15,447 nt of DNA, from contig CAXTTL010000115.1 in assembly GCA_964247135.1 (NCBI GenBank), positions 1 through 15,447 of the forward strand, in the 5' to 3' direction. The notes under the pieces are model-generated. The model ran no database searches. It saw nothing but the letters and a program-made list of their open reading frames with translations, and was not told where the DNA came from. This DNA is from an uncultured Deinococcales bacterium (GTDB lineage Bacteria > Deinococcota > Deinococci > Deinococcales > JAAFIG01). The stretch's first letter is position 1, and each line of letters starts with the position of its first letter. Positions 1 to 8,628 of the stretch are shown in pieces. Both the position numbers and the translations under genes were made by a program.

Positions 1-53
<53 letters not shown>

Positions 54-62
54 AAAAAAGTA

Positions 63-96
63 AGCCGTGAAGCCTATATGGTTCACGGCTATTTTC
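63..96. terminator. Hairpin between the tRNA and the convergent ORF; probable terminator
   Basis: AGCCGTGAA (63-71) / TTCACGGCT (82-90) inverted repeat, A-run upstream and ATTTTC downstream. Confidence 0.65.
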
Positions 97-133
97 ATTT
101 ATAGAGATAGAGTAAGGACTTTATGTTTCTAGA

Positions 134-1075
134 TTATTTCTTATTAGAAAAATCAGAAAAAAGTTGTGCTGATGAGAGATTCACAATAATTCCCAAGATT
201 AACGCAATAATTATCCCATAAAATATATTGTCACGAAGTCTTTCTTGCCGTTTGATTTGTTCTTGCATATCTCCCCAAAAAAAATTACTTTTAGGATAAA
301 GGGAAATTAAGCTATAGAAAAATACAAATATTGCTATTAAAAATGGTAAAATTCGGATTGTATTTTGTAAATTTACCATCTCAACGAATGTCGCAATAAA
401 TTTTTGAACGTTAAAATCGTAGGATGCCGTTTCAGATTTAATGTACTTTTTTACAGAATCTCTAAAAATAAAATCAATTTTTTCTTTCTCTGTAAATTTA
501 TCAATTGTCTTTCCCATGTATATATCCATAATACTTTTATTTTGTTGAGATTTTAGACTAGAAGAATAATTTAGAAATAGAATTAAGATAGAAATAAAAA
601 AACAAAGAAATATTGTTCCTTGAATAAATCCAGAATTAGCTAAATATTTTTGAATACTATTAGTAGTTAAAGTTCTTTCTATTTGCTCTTCAATTTCTGA
701 TCTTAGTTTAGTAATTTCCGAATTACCTGTATCATCTATTCCAAAATTAATAATTCCATTTTTATGAAAATCTATATTTATGTATTTTGGGTAATGACTT
801 TTTTCTTTTAGGATGCTGACCTCTATTGCTAAATTTTCAATTGGATTTTTAATTGTATTATCATGTTTTAGGAGGTCTTCAACATTGTTGAACTCAAGTT
901 TATTTTTATCTTTCAGGAAACAAGTGATAGATAAAGTTGATTCAAAAGATAGCAGACTAATTTTTTGTGCAATTACATCTAATAATCTTCTAATTTTTGA
1001 AGAATCCAGAGTAAATGCTTGATCAAAAGTTTTTGTATAGTTGCGGATTCGGAATTTTGGAATTATTTCTGCCAT
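134..1075 (-). CDS. Hypothetical membrane protein, 313 aa, AT-rich and probably horizontally acquired
   Basis: Long ORF in DNA of about 20-30% GC (sampled lines). Soluble N-terminal ~140 aa, then three hydrophobic segments (FIQGTIFLCFFISILILFL; ILPFLIAIFVFFYSLI; IFYGIIIALILGIIV). No family recognised. Confidence 0.8.
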   Translation of the reverse strand: MAEIIPKFRIRNYTKTFDQAFTLDSSKIRRLLDVIAQKISLLSFESTLSITCFLKDKNKLEFNNVEDLLKHDNTIKNPIENLAIEVSILKEKSHYPKYINIDFHKNGIINFGIDDTGNSEITKLRSEIEEQIERTLTTNSIQKYLANSGFIQGTIFLCFFISILILFLNYSSSLKSQQNKSIMDIYMGKTIDKFTEKEKIDFIFRDSVKKYIKSETASYDFNVQKFIATFVEMVNLQNTIRILPFLIAIFVFFYSLISLYPKSNFFWGDMQEQIKRQERLRDNIFYGIIIALILGIIVNLSSAQLFSDFSNKK

Positions 1076-1219
1076 GTGTTTTCATGTGAATGATAGCATC
1101 TTGGGTCGCTCATAAGAAGATTTAGTTATCCTGGTTATTAGGATTGCTTTGACGTGATTACATTGCCCAAATATCGCGGCAATCAAATCAACTTCTCGAG
1201 CTTCAACGTTTACCCAGTT

Positions 1220-1237
1220 TGCTACAATGCCACCATG
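1220..1237 (+). promoter_or_regulatory. Extended -10 promoter giving a leaderless transcript of the TA operon
   Basis: TG-C-TACAAT (-10 at 1223-1228), 6 nt, then ATG 1235; no SD sequence. Confidence 0.6.
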
Positions 1238-1456
1238 AACACCCACCTCGAGTTATCAGCCGATCTCGAAGCGGTTTTACAACAAATTGCCGCTCGAGAA
1301 AAACGTGATGTCAATGACGTGATTCAAGATGCGTTGCAGCGTTATGCGGCAGAGAATTCTCGAGCGATGCCAAGTTGGGTTGGTATCGGCGAAGGTTTGT
1401 CAGATTTGTCTGAACGTGTGGATGAATTGTTATTCGCGGATTGTTTGCGTCCGTGA
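1235..1456 (+). CDS. Antitoxin, RHH/CopG-like (VapB-like), 73 aa
   Basis: MNTHLELSADLEAVLQQIAAREKRDVNDVIQDALQRY fits a ribbon-helix-helix pattern; acidic tail SDLSERVDELL; GTGA overlap with the PIN gene. Confidence 0.8.
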   Translation: MNTHLELSADLEAVLQQIAAREKRDVNDVIQDALQRYAAENSRAMPSWVGIGEGLSDLSERVDELLFADCLRP

Positions 1457-1869
1457 ATTTGGTCAATGCAATTCTGGCAGACACAAGCGGTTTGTTGGCG
1501 TTGCTGAACAAAAAAGACGTGCATCATGAAGCGGTGAAACCTTTTGCCACGGCGAATCTTTTGGTTTCCAGTACGGTATTGTGCGAAGTGGATTACATGG
1601 CGACAAAGTACCTTGGTGAACTTGCCGCTCGAGCTTTTTTGCAAGGACAAGCGTGGGGTGAGTGGCAGTTGTTGGTATTTGATGCACTCGATCTCTAGAA
1701 GGCGAACGAGATTCGAGCGCAGTACAACGATATTCCACTTGGTTTTGTGGACAGCAGTTTGCTGGCACTTGCCGAACGTTACCAGATTCCTCGAGTGTTG
1801 ACTTTGGATCGGCGGCATTTCTGGGCGGTACGTCCGCAAAGTTTTGGGCATTTTGAATTGCTGCCCTAA
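1453..1869 (+). pseudogene. vapC: PIN-domain (VapC-like) toxin, 138 codons, interrupted by in-frame TAG at 1696-1698
   Basis: ILADTSGLLALL..D.HHE and STVLCEV precede the stop. The same frame continues KANEIRAQYNDIPLGFVDSSLLALAERYQIPRVLTLDRRHFWAVRP to TAA 1867-1869, supplying the C-terminal PIN aspartates. May be intact if the stop is an artefact. Confidence 0.85.
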
Positions 1870-1936
1870 GTTTATGGGTCTCGAGTTGATTCAAGCAAAA
1901 CGCTTTCTCGAGCGTCATTATTTCACCATGTCTGAT

Positions 1937-2716
1937 TTACCGCAACGCCACCAAGTACAGTTGTGCGCCTTCATTGCCTAAACCTGCAATGTTGGTGTCC
2001 CAAGAGATGGTGTAATCCCCTGCGGTGTTCACCATTTTGTACGCGGCGGCAACCTGAATGTAACCACTCTCGCTCAGGCTGATCAATCCTGTGGCATTTG
2101 GAATCAAGGTAAATCCATTGCCTGGAATCGCCTTGTGTGTCTCTCCCACGGTGCGAACGCCGCCCGAACCCCACCACCAGGCAACCAGAATTGCCGCGCC
2201 GTTGGTGTGAACATTGGCGCTCGAGATGCTGTTGGCGGCGGGTCGTTCCACCCAACTGCTGTCTTCGATGGTGGTTGTGCCAGTCACTTCGAGGGCGGAC
2301 AAGGTTGTTTCATCGCTGTTGTTCCAAATCATTGAAAACATATGGTTTGCGCCGCCCGATGCGCCAGTGGCGTGGTACAAACCTGTGGCGCTGCTTGTCC
2401 AGTCAAGGTATGTATGGGTGCTGCCCAAAAGCGTGAAGGTGTTGGCGTGGTTGTCGCTTGGGGCGTTCGGGGCGCTTGCCCAGTCACCTCGAGCCACACT
2501 GACCAGCAGCACCGAACCCGTCTTTTGGGTGTTTACAGGTTTGGTCTCGAGCGTGCCAGTTGCGGGCGACTGACCGTTGATGCGTTGCGCGATGGTGCTG
2601 GCAGCAATGCCAAAGGTAGTGGGTTTGATCTCGAGTTGGGCGTTGCAACTGAGCATCAACGTGGTAACTGCCATAAAGAATATGGGTTTGATCTTGACCC
2701 CTGCCTTTCGTTTCAT
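1937..2716 (-). CDS. Putative lipoprotein of unknown function, 259 aa
   Basis: Basic N-terminus, hydrophobic core and lipobox-like LMLSC; mature part is S/T/G/W-rich and looks beta-rich. Confidence 0.75.
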   Translation of the reverse strand: MKRKAGVKIKPIFFMAVTTLMLSCNAQLEIKPTTFGIAASTIAQRINGQSPATGTLETKPVNTQKTGSVLLVSVARGDWASAPNAPSDNHANTFTLLGSTHTYLDWTSSATGLYHATGASGGANHMFSMIWNNSDETTLSALEVTGTTTIEDSSWVERPAANSISSANVHTNGAAILVAWWWGSGGVRTVGETHKAIPGNGFTLIPNATGLISLSESGYIQVAAAYKMVNTAGDYTISWDTNIAGLGNEGAQLYLVALR

Positions 2717-2760
2717 TGATGCCCTCGAGTTTCTTTAACTTGGTTTTTGAGCGTAACTGT

Positions 2761-3696
2761 TTAAGATTTGAAAATCATGGAATAGGCTTGTTTGAGACGT
2801 TCTAAATCTTCAATTTCGATGGGTAAATCTGCATCACCCTCGAAGGTAACGTCTGGTTTTTTGGAATGTTTTTTCAAACGAGCGTCAACTAAATCAGATT
2901 CTTCGGTGCTGAATTGCTCACCGGTAATCTCGAGATAACAATTGATGATTTGCTTGAAACCTTGGCTGTAATCGCAGACCACCAAGTTTTGGTCTGTATG
3001 TCTAAAACGCTCTATCGCCAAATAATATTTTTGAAGAACCCAGGCGGCGTAATCGTCTAGTTTTTCGGCGGAAGGGATGGCGTCGGTTGTTCCGAACATG
3101 CTTGCGGGCAACAGGCTGGGAACCATGTGCATCCCACGGTTTCGTTTGTGTGATTTCAAAATCTCTTCTGGTTGCCTGGTTAAAATGACAAATGGCAGCT
3201 TGGGAAAATATGATCTCAGTTGCTCGAGGTACATTAAATGCCAACTGTCCATTTTGAGAATCAAATTTTGTTGTTTGGGAAACCTGATTTGACCAAGAAA
3301 TTTGAGTACAGCCATAAAAAGTTGAATCCTGAAATCTTCAGACATGTCTGGTTCTCTGAGAATATCGTCCAATATGGGCACTTCTGGAATCACGATGTTG
3401 CGTTCAGACAGGGTGATGGCTTGGCTGAGCATGGTTGAACCGCACCTCGAGACGTGGAAAATAAAGGCAATGGGTTTGACCGCATTGATGGGTTGTGACC
3501 ATTCCAAAATGGCTTGGGCATGACTGAGCACCTTAAGACCCTTTGAATTTTCAACCAGTGCTCTGCACTTTAAGATGGTTTCTTCAAAAAAAGGTTCGTT
3601 AAAGCGCTTCTCACCCAGATAAATCCATTCAAAAAAGTATTCTTGATTTTGCTTTACGAGCTTATAGGGTATCCAGTGCAGTAACGGTGGATTCAT
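2761..3696 (-). CDS. Sulfotransferase-like protein, about 311 aa
   Basis: 5'-PSB-like motif FIFHVSRCGSTMLSQ, LILKMDSWH and 3'-PB-like LTRQPEEILKSH. Start placed at ATG 3696 after GAGG; the ORF track extends to 3768. Confidence 0.75.
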   Translation of the reverse strand: MNPPLLHWIPYKLVKQNQEYFFEWIYLGEKRFNEPFFEETILKCRALVENSKGLKVLSHAQAILEWSQPINAVKPIAFIFHVSRCGSTMLSQAITLSERNIVIPEVPILDDILREPDMSEDFRIQLFMAVLKFLGQIRFPKQQNLILKMDSWHLMYLEQLRSYFPKLPFVILTRQPEEILKSHKRNRGMHMVPSLLPASMFGTTDAIPSAEKLDDYAAWVLQKYYLAIERFRHTDQNLVVCDYSQGFKQIINCYLEITGEQFSTEESDLVDARLKKHSKKPDVTFEGDADLPIEIEDLERLKQAYSMIFKS

Positions 3697-3748
3697 TTGA
3701 TTTTCCTCAATCTGTCTGTGGACTTGAACGCGGATACGGTTTGCCGTC

Positions 3749-3768
3749 ATTGTGTCATATTGTGTCAT
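3749..3768. repeat. 10-bp direct repeat ATTGTGTCAT x2
   Basis: Exact tandem copies at 3749-3758 and 3759-3768, abutting a minus-strand TAAGAT (3767-3772). Confidence 0.85.
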
Positions 3769-3897
3769 CTTAAGTGACCCAAGGACCTGGCTACAGTGTT
3801 GTCAGTTTTGGGTCGAATGAACATCATGGTTTCGTGTCGTAGTTTGGCTTGAGTCCTCGAGTATCAGAGATCGGAATCCGTGATAACTTGAACTCCA

Positions 3898-3945
3898 ATG
3901 TTGATAGCCAAACAATCTGGAATGTTGATTGCCAAACAATCTGGC
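3898..3945 (+). repeat. 24-bp tandem duplication of the gene start (MLIAKQSG x2)
   Basis: ATGTTGATAGCCAAACAATCTGGA / ATGTTGATTGCCAAACAATCTGGC, 22/24 identical; both differences are synonymous. Confidence 0.95.
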
Positions 3946-4452
3946 ATGTCTGGTTTTGCTTATGACTTTTTTGATGTCGCAAACAAAAAAGTTGGTAGTT
4001 TGCGTTTGCCAGACGTTGCGGTGGCAACCAATGCGCGTCTGAAAAATGTGGTTCCGCAATTTATGAATCAGAAAATAACCATCACTTACGGACTCGAGCA
4101 TTTTGAAATCGAGTTCGAGTACCTCAACCGAGATTGGGTCAATGACATCGAATTCAGCTTCAAAACCGATTCCGAAACGCTGGCGGTGGCTCGAGAAATT
4201 CATGCGAAGAAGTTGGGTGCCAAGCGCCCTGCGATTCAAATTAAGTTGCCGTTCGAAGCCGAATTGGTCAGTCAAAGTTCGTTGCTCGCGGTTCGTTTTG
4301 ATTTGATGCGTGAGGGTGTAAAACTGGGTTCTATCGCCGAAAAGACTTGGTTTTCGCTCCGGCGTCAATTGATGCTCGAGTTCCCAGATTCGATTCCGAT
4401 TCCAATTCAACTCTTTTGGTTTTTTTTGGTCTGCAACCGTTCTTTTCGCTGA
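3898..4452 (+). CDS. Hypothetical protein, 184 aa (176 aa from ATG 3922)
   Basis: Open frame, beta-strand-like composition, hydrophobic C-terminal helix; loosely LURP-one/scramblase-like in layout (unverified). Confidence 0.7.
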   Translation: MLIAKQSGMLIAKQSGMSGFAYDFFDVANKKVGSLRLPDVAVATNARLKNVVPQFMNQKITITYGLEHFEIEFEYLNRDWVNDIEFSFKTDSETLAVAREIHAKKLGAKRPAIQIKLPFEAELVSQSSLLAVRFDLMREGVKLGSIAEKTWFSLRRQLMLEFPDSIPIPIQLFWFFLVCNRSFR

Positions 4453-4497
4453 TTGTGAATATCAAGGCTTGGAAGTGAGGGTTGTAATATTTTGGTC

Positions 4498-4983
4498 ATG
4501 CCTTCATTTCGGGACTGGTTTTGGCAACTCGAGGCGTCTGGATTTGGTCCAGATCATTTTTTTGTGGCGCGATTTGAGTCTGGATTTGCGGGTCGTTTGT
4601 TGTCCGTTGTTCGAGATCTGATGCCGATGGACTTTGTTAGCGAAGGTGAAGCTTCGAATGCCCTTCAATCCAATGGCGTTCAGCTATTTGTTGATCAGCA
4701 CACCTTTGATGCTTTACAAACGATGCAAAAAACTGGTGTTCGCAGCAATATTTACATTGGCTCGAGCATCGAAGTTCGTGACGAAACCTTGAGTCTTGAA
4801 AACACGTATTCGCGTCACGAAGTTGATGAAACGAAATTCTTACTGGCTGTAGTTTTGAGCGCTGATTTGATGGTGAAGGATTGGCGTGTGTTCGCGGGCG
4901 GCAGTGGTTACGATTCAATCGAAGCGGCTCGAGGCGAGGATGCCGTTTCGTTTCTCGAGTATTTGAAACCCGAAAATCAGTAA
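4498..4983 (+). CDS. Hypothetical protein, 161 aa
   Basis: Open frame; TAATAT (4485-4490) lies 7 nt before ATG 4498; stop is 4 nt from the convergent pyrF stop. Confidence 0.65.
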   Translation: MPSFRDWFWQLEASGFGPDHFFVARFESGFAGRLLSVVRDLMPMDFVSEGEASNALQSNGVQLFVDQHTFDALQTMQKTGVRSNIYIGSSIEVRDETLSLENTYSRHEVDETKFLLAVVLSADLMVKDWRVFAGGSGYDSIEAARGEDAVSFLEYLKPENQ

Positions 4984-4987
4984 TCAA

Positions 4988-5851
4988 CTAACGGTTTTTC
5001 AAGGCTGTCTCGAGTTCGTCGCGCATGGTTTTGGCGGCTTGTATCGCGGCATTCGCGTAATCGCTTCCTGTGCTGGCGTATTGAATGGCGCGGCTCGAGC
5101 TGGCAATTGCGCCGAGTCCGTTGGCATCAAAAGCCGGTGCGAGGTCGCTGGCTTTGGCGCCCTGAGCGCCCAGTCCTGGCAGCAGCAACAAAACATTTGG
5201 CATCAGGGCGCGAAAATGCTCGAGTTCTCGGCTGTGGGTTGCGCCGACCACCGCGCCGACCGCACCGTAACCTGTTTCTCGAGTCGCAAGTTCCGCCAAA
5301 TGTTTGGCAATAATTTCCGAGATCGTTCCGTTCGCGGTTTGTAGGTTTTGCAGGTCGCTCGAGCCTGGGTTGCTGGTTTTGACGAGTACAAAAATTGCGC
5401 CGTCATGGTTTTGGGCGGCGTTTAGAAACGGTTCAAGTGTTTCAAAGCCCAGAAATGGATTGACGGTCAGGGCTTTCCCAGCGCGTTCGCCGGTCAGCCA
5501 AGCGTCGGCATAAGCGTCGGCGGTGCTTGGGAAATCGCCGCGTTTGGCGTCCAGAATGATTGGTAAACCCAAATCTCGAGCGGCTTGACAAATTTTATCC
5601 AGCACCTCGAGTCCTGGAATGCCCAGCGCCTCGTAAAATGCCACCTGAGGCTTGAGGCAGGCAATGTAGGGACTTGTCGCCTCAAGAACGTCCAGGCAGT
5701 GCTTTAAGACCGCTTTGGCGGTTACATGGGGGTCATGGTCAAATTGTTTGGGATGGGTGTTCGGGTGCGATTCTGGGCGCGGGTCAAGTCCGAGGCATAA
5801 GCGCGTCCCAAGCTCGAGCATTCTGTGGTGTGTTCGATCTGAAAATTTCAT
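4988..5851 (-). CDS. pyrF: Orotidine-5'-phosphate decarboxylase (type 2)
   Basis: [55 protein letters not shown] and SSSRAI motifs. Confidence 0.97.
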   Translation of the reverse strand: MKFSDRTHHRMLELGTRLCLGLDPRPESHPNTHPKQFDHDPHVTAKAVLKHCLDVLEATSPYIACLKPQVAFYEALGIPGLEVLDKICQAARDLGLPIILDAKRGDFPSTADAYADAWLTGERAGKALTVNPFLGFETLEPFLNAAQNHDGAIFVLVKTSNPGSSDLQNLQTANGTISEIIAKHLAELATRETGYGAVGAVVGATHSRELEHFRALMPNVLLLLPGLGAQGAKASDLAPAFDANGLGAIASSSRAIQYASTGSDYANAAIQAAKTMRDELETALKNR

Positions 5852-5871
5852 CGCCCAGAATCATACAATCT

Positions 5872-5903
5872 CAAACCATTGACATAACAAACCATTGACA
5901 TAA
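5872..5903. repeat. Perfect 16-bp tandem repeat CAAACCATTGACATAA x2
   Basis: Exact copies at 5872-5887 and 5888-5903 in the intergenic region upstream of pyrF. Confidence 0.95.
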
Positions 5904-5925
5904 AGCGCAACTCGAGATTCCCGAT

Positions 5926-7830
5926 TTACGGCAGCGTGATGACTTCACCATTGTCTCTTGTCAACACTCGAGCGCCGCCGTGCCCTGTCGTGACCAAACT
6001 TTTACCGTCTTTGGAAAACACAATCTCTGAGATGGCATCTCGGGTGTCCAGCGCAAGCTCGGTGATTGCGGACTTTTGGGCGACATCCCAAAACTGGAGT
6101 GAATATCCGCCCGTCACCAACAGCCGATTGTCTGGGCTGAGGGTCATGGCGAATACGGGACATTCGCAATTTTGGGATTGAAGTGTCGCCAGCTCTTTGT
6201 GGCTTGCCGCGTCCCAGATTTTGATCGTTTGGTCGCTCGAGCCGCTGAACAACTGGGTGCCGTCATTGTTCCAAACGACGCTCCAAACATTCTCTCGGTG
6301 CGCTGTGAGACTCACAATTTCGCGTCCGGTGCTCACTTCCCAGAGTTTCACCTCGCCATTTTCTGCGCCGCTCGCCAGGGTTAGACCGTTTGGACTAAAG
6401 GCGAGGGTCAAAATGCCCGATTCGCTGCCCTCAAACACGCGCTCGAGTTCGCCGCTTGCAACATTCCACAATCGAATGGTTTTGTCCTCGCTCGAGCTGG
6501 CAAGGTATTTTCGGTCTGGGCTGAATGCCAAATCGTAAATCCAGGCGCTATGACCGTTCAAGGTAAATCGGGTACTACCTGTATTGACATCGGTGATTCG
6601 CACCGTTTTATCGCTCGAGCTGCTCGCCAGCAAACTGTCATCGCTGTTGAATGCCAAACTGGTGATCGTGCCCTCGTGCTCGGAGAAACTTGCGCTGGCT
6701 TTTTCGTTTGAGGTTCGCAAATCCCAAAGATTGATGATGGCATCTCGAGAACCTGTGGCAACGGTGCTGGCATCGTTTGATAAGGCAAGAGCGGTTCCCT
6801 CAAAAGCATGAAGTTGAACTTTGTTCAGTTCCATTCCGTCGCTGACACGGTGAACGTGAACGCTGGTGTCAAAATCGCTGACCGCAATTCGGTCACCCCT
6901 CGGATGCCAACTGATGGTAGAAACGCCGTTTGTGAAGCCTGAGATGCTGCGCTCGAGTTTGCCCGTCTGCGCATTCCAAAGTTTGACGGTTTCATCGTCT
7001 GAGCCGCTGGCGATGGTTTTTCCGTTGGGGCTGTAGGTCACAAAACCCACCGATTGGCTATGACCCGTTAAGGTTTTGATGTTTTTGGCGCTTTGAACGT
7101 CCCAAAGCCGCACGGTTTTGTCGCTCGAGGAACTGGCGAGGGTTTTGCCGTCCAAACTCCAGGCGACAGACCAGATTTTGTCGGTATGCCCTTTAAAAAT
7201 TCGCAACATTTTGCCCGTTTTGACCTCCCAGACCCGCAATGTTTTATCGACGGATGCCGAGGCAAGCATTGTCCCTTTGGGATTAAAACGCACATCTCGG
7301 ACCTGATCGGTGTGTCCTCTAAACGTCTTTAGAATTTTGCCAGTACCAGCGTCCCACAAAATCAAATCATGATCGTCCGAACTCGAGGCGAGGGTTTTGG
7401 AATCTGGACTCCACTCGAGCCAACTGATGGCGTCACGATGTCCCTCGAGTTTGCGCAAGACCTTAAAGGTTTTGGCGTTCCAAATCGTGATGCTGGCGTT
7501 GGCGTTTCCGGTGGCAATCCGAGTGCCGTCTTTGCTCCAAGCCGCCGCGCCGAGGTAACTGTCATGGGTCAAACGTTCATTTGGCACAAGGTCGACAAAA
7601 GTGCTTGCGTCCCAAATGCCCAGTTCGTTGTTGGCGCTGGCGGTGGCAATTTTCGTTCCGTCTGGGTTGTAAGTGACCACATAAATGCTGCTCCAATGGG
7701 CTTGGAGTTTCCGAGTGATGTGCAAGTCCTCAAAGTGGTACGGCGCTTGTGCCGCGCCGAGGGTGGCAAAGACCAGCACAAACACTGCAATTCGTGCTGG
7801 AGAATAAAATCTTGTCCATGCTGAGTTCAT
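5926..7830 (-). CDS. Exported WD40-repeat protein, 634 aa
   Basis: About 14 GH..V....FSPDG..LAS.S.D.T..LWD repeats (probably two propellers); signal peptide ending LGAAQA; SD AGGAGG (7835-7840) and TATAAT (7857-7862) upstream. Confidence 0.93.
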   Translation of the reverse strand: MNSAWTRFYSPARIAVFVLVFATLGAAQAPYHFEDLHITRKLQAHWSSIYVVTYNPDGTKIATASANNELGIWDASTFVDLVPNERLTHDSYLGAAAWSKDGTRIATGNANASITIWNAKTFKVLRKLEGHRDAISWLEWSPDSKTLASSSDDHDLILWDAGTGKILKTFRGHTDQVRDVRFNPKGTMLASASVDKTLRVWEVKTGKMLRIFKGHTDKIWSVAWSLDGKTLASSSSDKTVRLWDVQSAKNIKTLTGHSQSVGFVTYSPNGKTIASGSDDETVKLWNAQTGKLERSISGFTNGVSTISWHPRGDRIAVSDFDTSVHVHRVSDGMELNKVQLHAFEGTALALSNDASTVATGSRDAIINLWDLRTSNEKASASFSEHEGTITSLAFNSDDSLLASSSSDKTVRITDVNTGSTRFTLNGHSAWIYDLAFSPDRKYLASSSEDKTIRLWNVASGELERVFEGSESGILTLAFSPNGLTLASGAENGEVKLWEVSTGREIVSLTAHRENVWSVVWNNDGTQLFSGSSDQTIKIWDAASHKELATLQSQNCECPVFAMTLSPDNRLLVTGGYSLQFWDVAQKSAITELALDTRDAISEIVFSKDGKSLVTTGHGGARVLTRDNGEVITLP

Positions 7831-7896
7831 ATTGCCTCCTGATTGGCTGGCTCGGGATTATAGTTTTGCACGAAAGCAGACTTTCTGAACGAGATC

Positions 7897-7927
7897 AAAA
7901 AAATCGTAGACGGTATTCCGTCTACGA
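7897..7927 (-). terminator. Intrinsic terminator of glnK
   Basis: Stem TCGTAGACGG / CCGTCTACGA (7904-7927), 4-nt loop, T7 tail on the minus strand. Confidence 0.85.
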
Positions 7928-7954
7928 CACCAAAAATAATTTTCGAGCGATAAT

Positions 7955-8305
7955 TTACACGACTGGAGTCAGAGCCTCGTTGTCGCGTTCGCCGGTGCGA
8001 ATCCGAACCACGCTGTCGAGTTGTTGCACAAAGATTTTACCGTCGCCAACGCCACCGGTGCGGGCGCTTTCGACAATCGCTTTGATGGTGCGTTCCACGA
8101 ACGGCTCACTGACGGCAATCTCGAGGCGGACTTTTTCGTGAAATTCAAACACGAGCGGACGACCACGGTAGGTTTCCAAATGCTCTTTTTCGCCGCCGTG
8201 ACCGCTGACTCGAGATACTGTTAGACCGGTCACCTCTTCGCGGAACAGGGCGGTTTTGACATCGTCGAGTTTCTCGGGGCGAATGATGGCAGTGATTAAT
8301 TTCAT
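7955..8305 (-). CDS. glnK: PII nitrogen signalling protein
   Basis: MKLITAIIRPEKL, T-loop ETYRG, ARTGGVGDGKIFV, RIRTGE; SD AGGAGG; adjacent to amt. Confidence 0.95.
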   Translation of the reverse strand: MKLITAIIRPEKLDDVKTALFREEVTGLTVSRVSGHGGEKEHLETYRGRPLVFEFHEKVRLEIAVSEPFVERTIKAIVESARTGGVGDGKIFVQQLDSVVRIRTGERDNEALTPVV

Positions 8306-8396
8306 ATGTCCTCCTGAAAATTCTTGTAACCCAATTTAACTCGAGATTCGTGCAATACACCAGTCTCGAGGTTCGCGCCCAAAACCAACAATAGAT

Positions 8397-8439
8397 TTTT
8401 GCATCGTTAGCGAAATTCCGAACATTTTGCACCGTTAGC
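8397..8439. promoter_or_regulatory. 15-bp direct repeat in the glnK/amt divergent promoter; candidate operator
   Basis: TTTTGCATCGTTAGC (8397-8411) and TTTTGCACCGTTAGC (8425-8439), 14/15 identical. The function is inferred. Confidence 0.5.
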
Positions 8440-8628
8440 CTATAACAAAAGCCTAAAATTCCGCAACTTTGACTCGATGTAACTAAATTTTTAACGTTTT
8501 GACCGATTTTGTTTGACAGTTCGCAAAAAGCTGCGTATACTCCCCTCAAGGAAATCCAAAAGATTCCGAAACACAAATTGCTTGATTTCAGACTTGCGCC
8601 TGCATCGCTCGCGCATGGGGAGGCTCGA

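Noticed and set aside
4988-4990. Genome-wide reassignment of TAG to Glu
   Set aside because: pyrF ends in TAG at its expected length, and read-through would run about 117 codons antisense into the convergent gene. Only two internal TAGs occur in about 4,500 codons.
5872-5903. Deinococcal RDRM (DdrO) site or sigma70 -35 within the repeat
   Set aside because: Only TTATGT half-sites in direct orientation, not the 17-bp palindrome; the TTGACA copies face away from pyrF with no plus-strand gene to serve.
5926-7830. CRISPR-like or non-coding repeat array
   Set aside because: The periodicity is explained by degenerate WD40 coding repeats; there is no identical repeat-spacer structure anywhere in the window.
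8509-8628. 40-aa N-terminal extension of Amt in the ORF track
   Set aside because: A strong SD and a signal-peptide-like sequence support ATG 8629.
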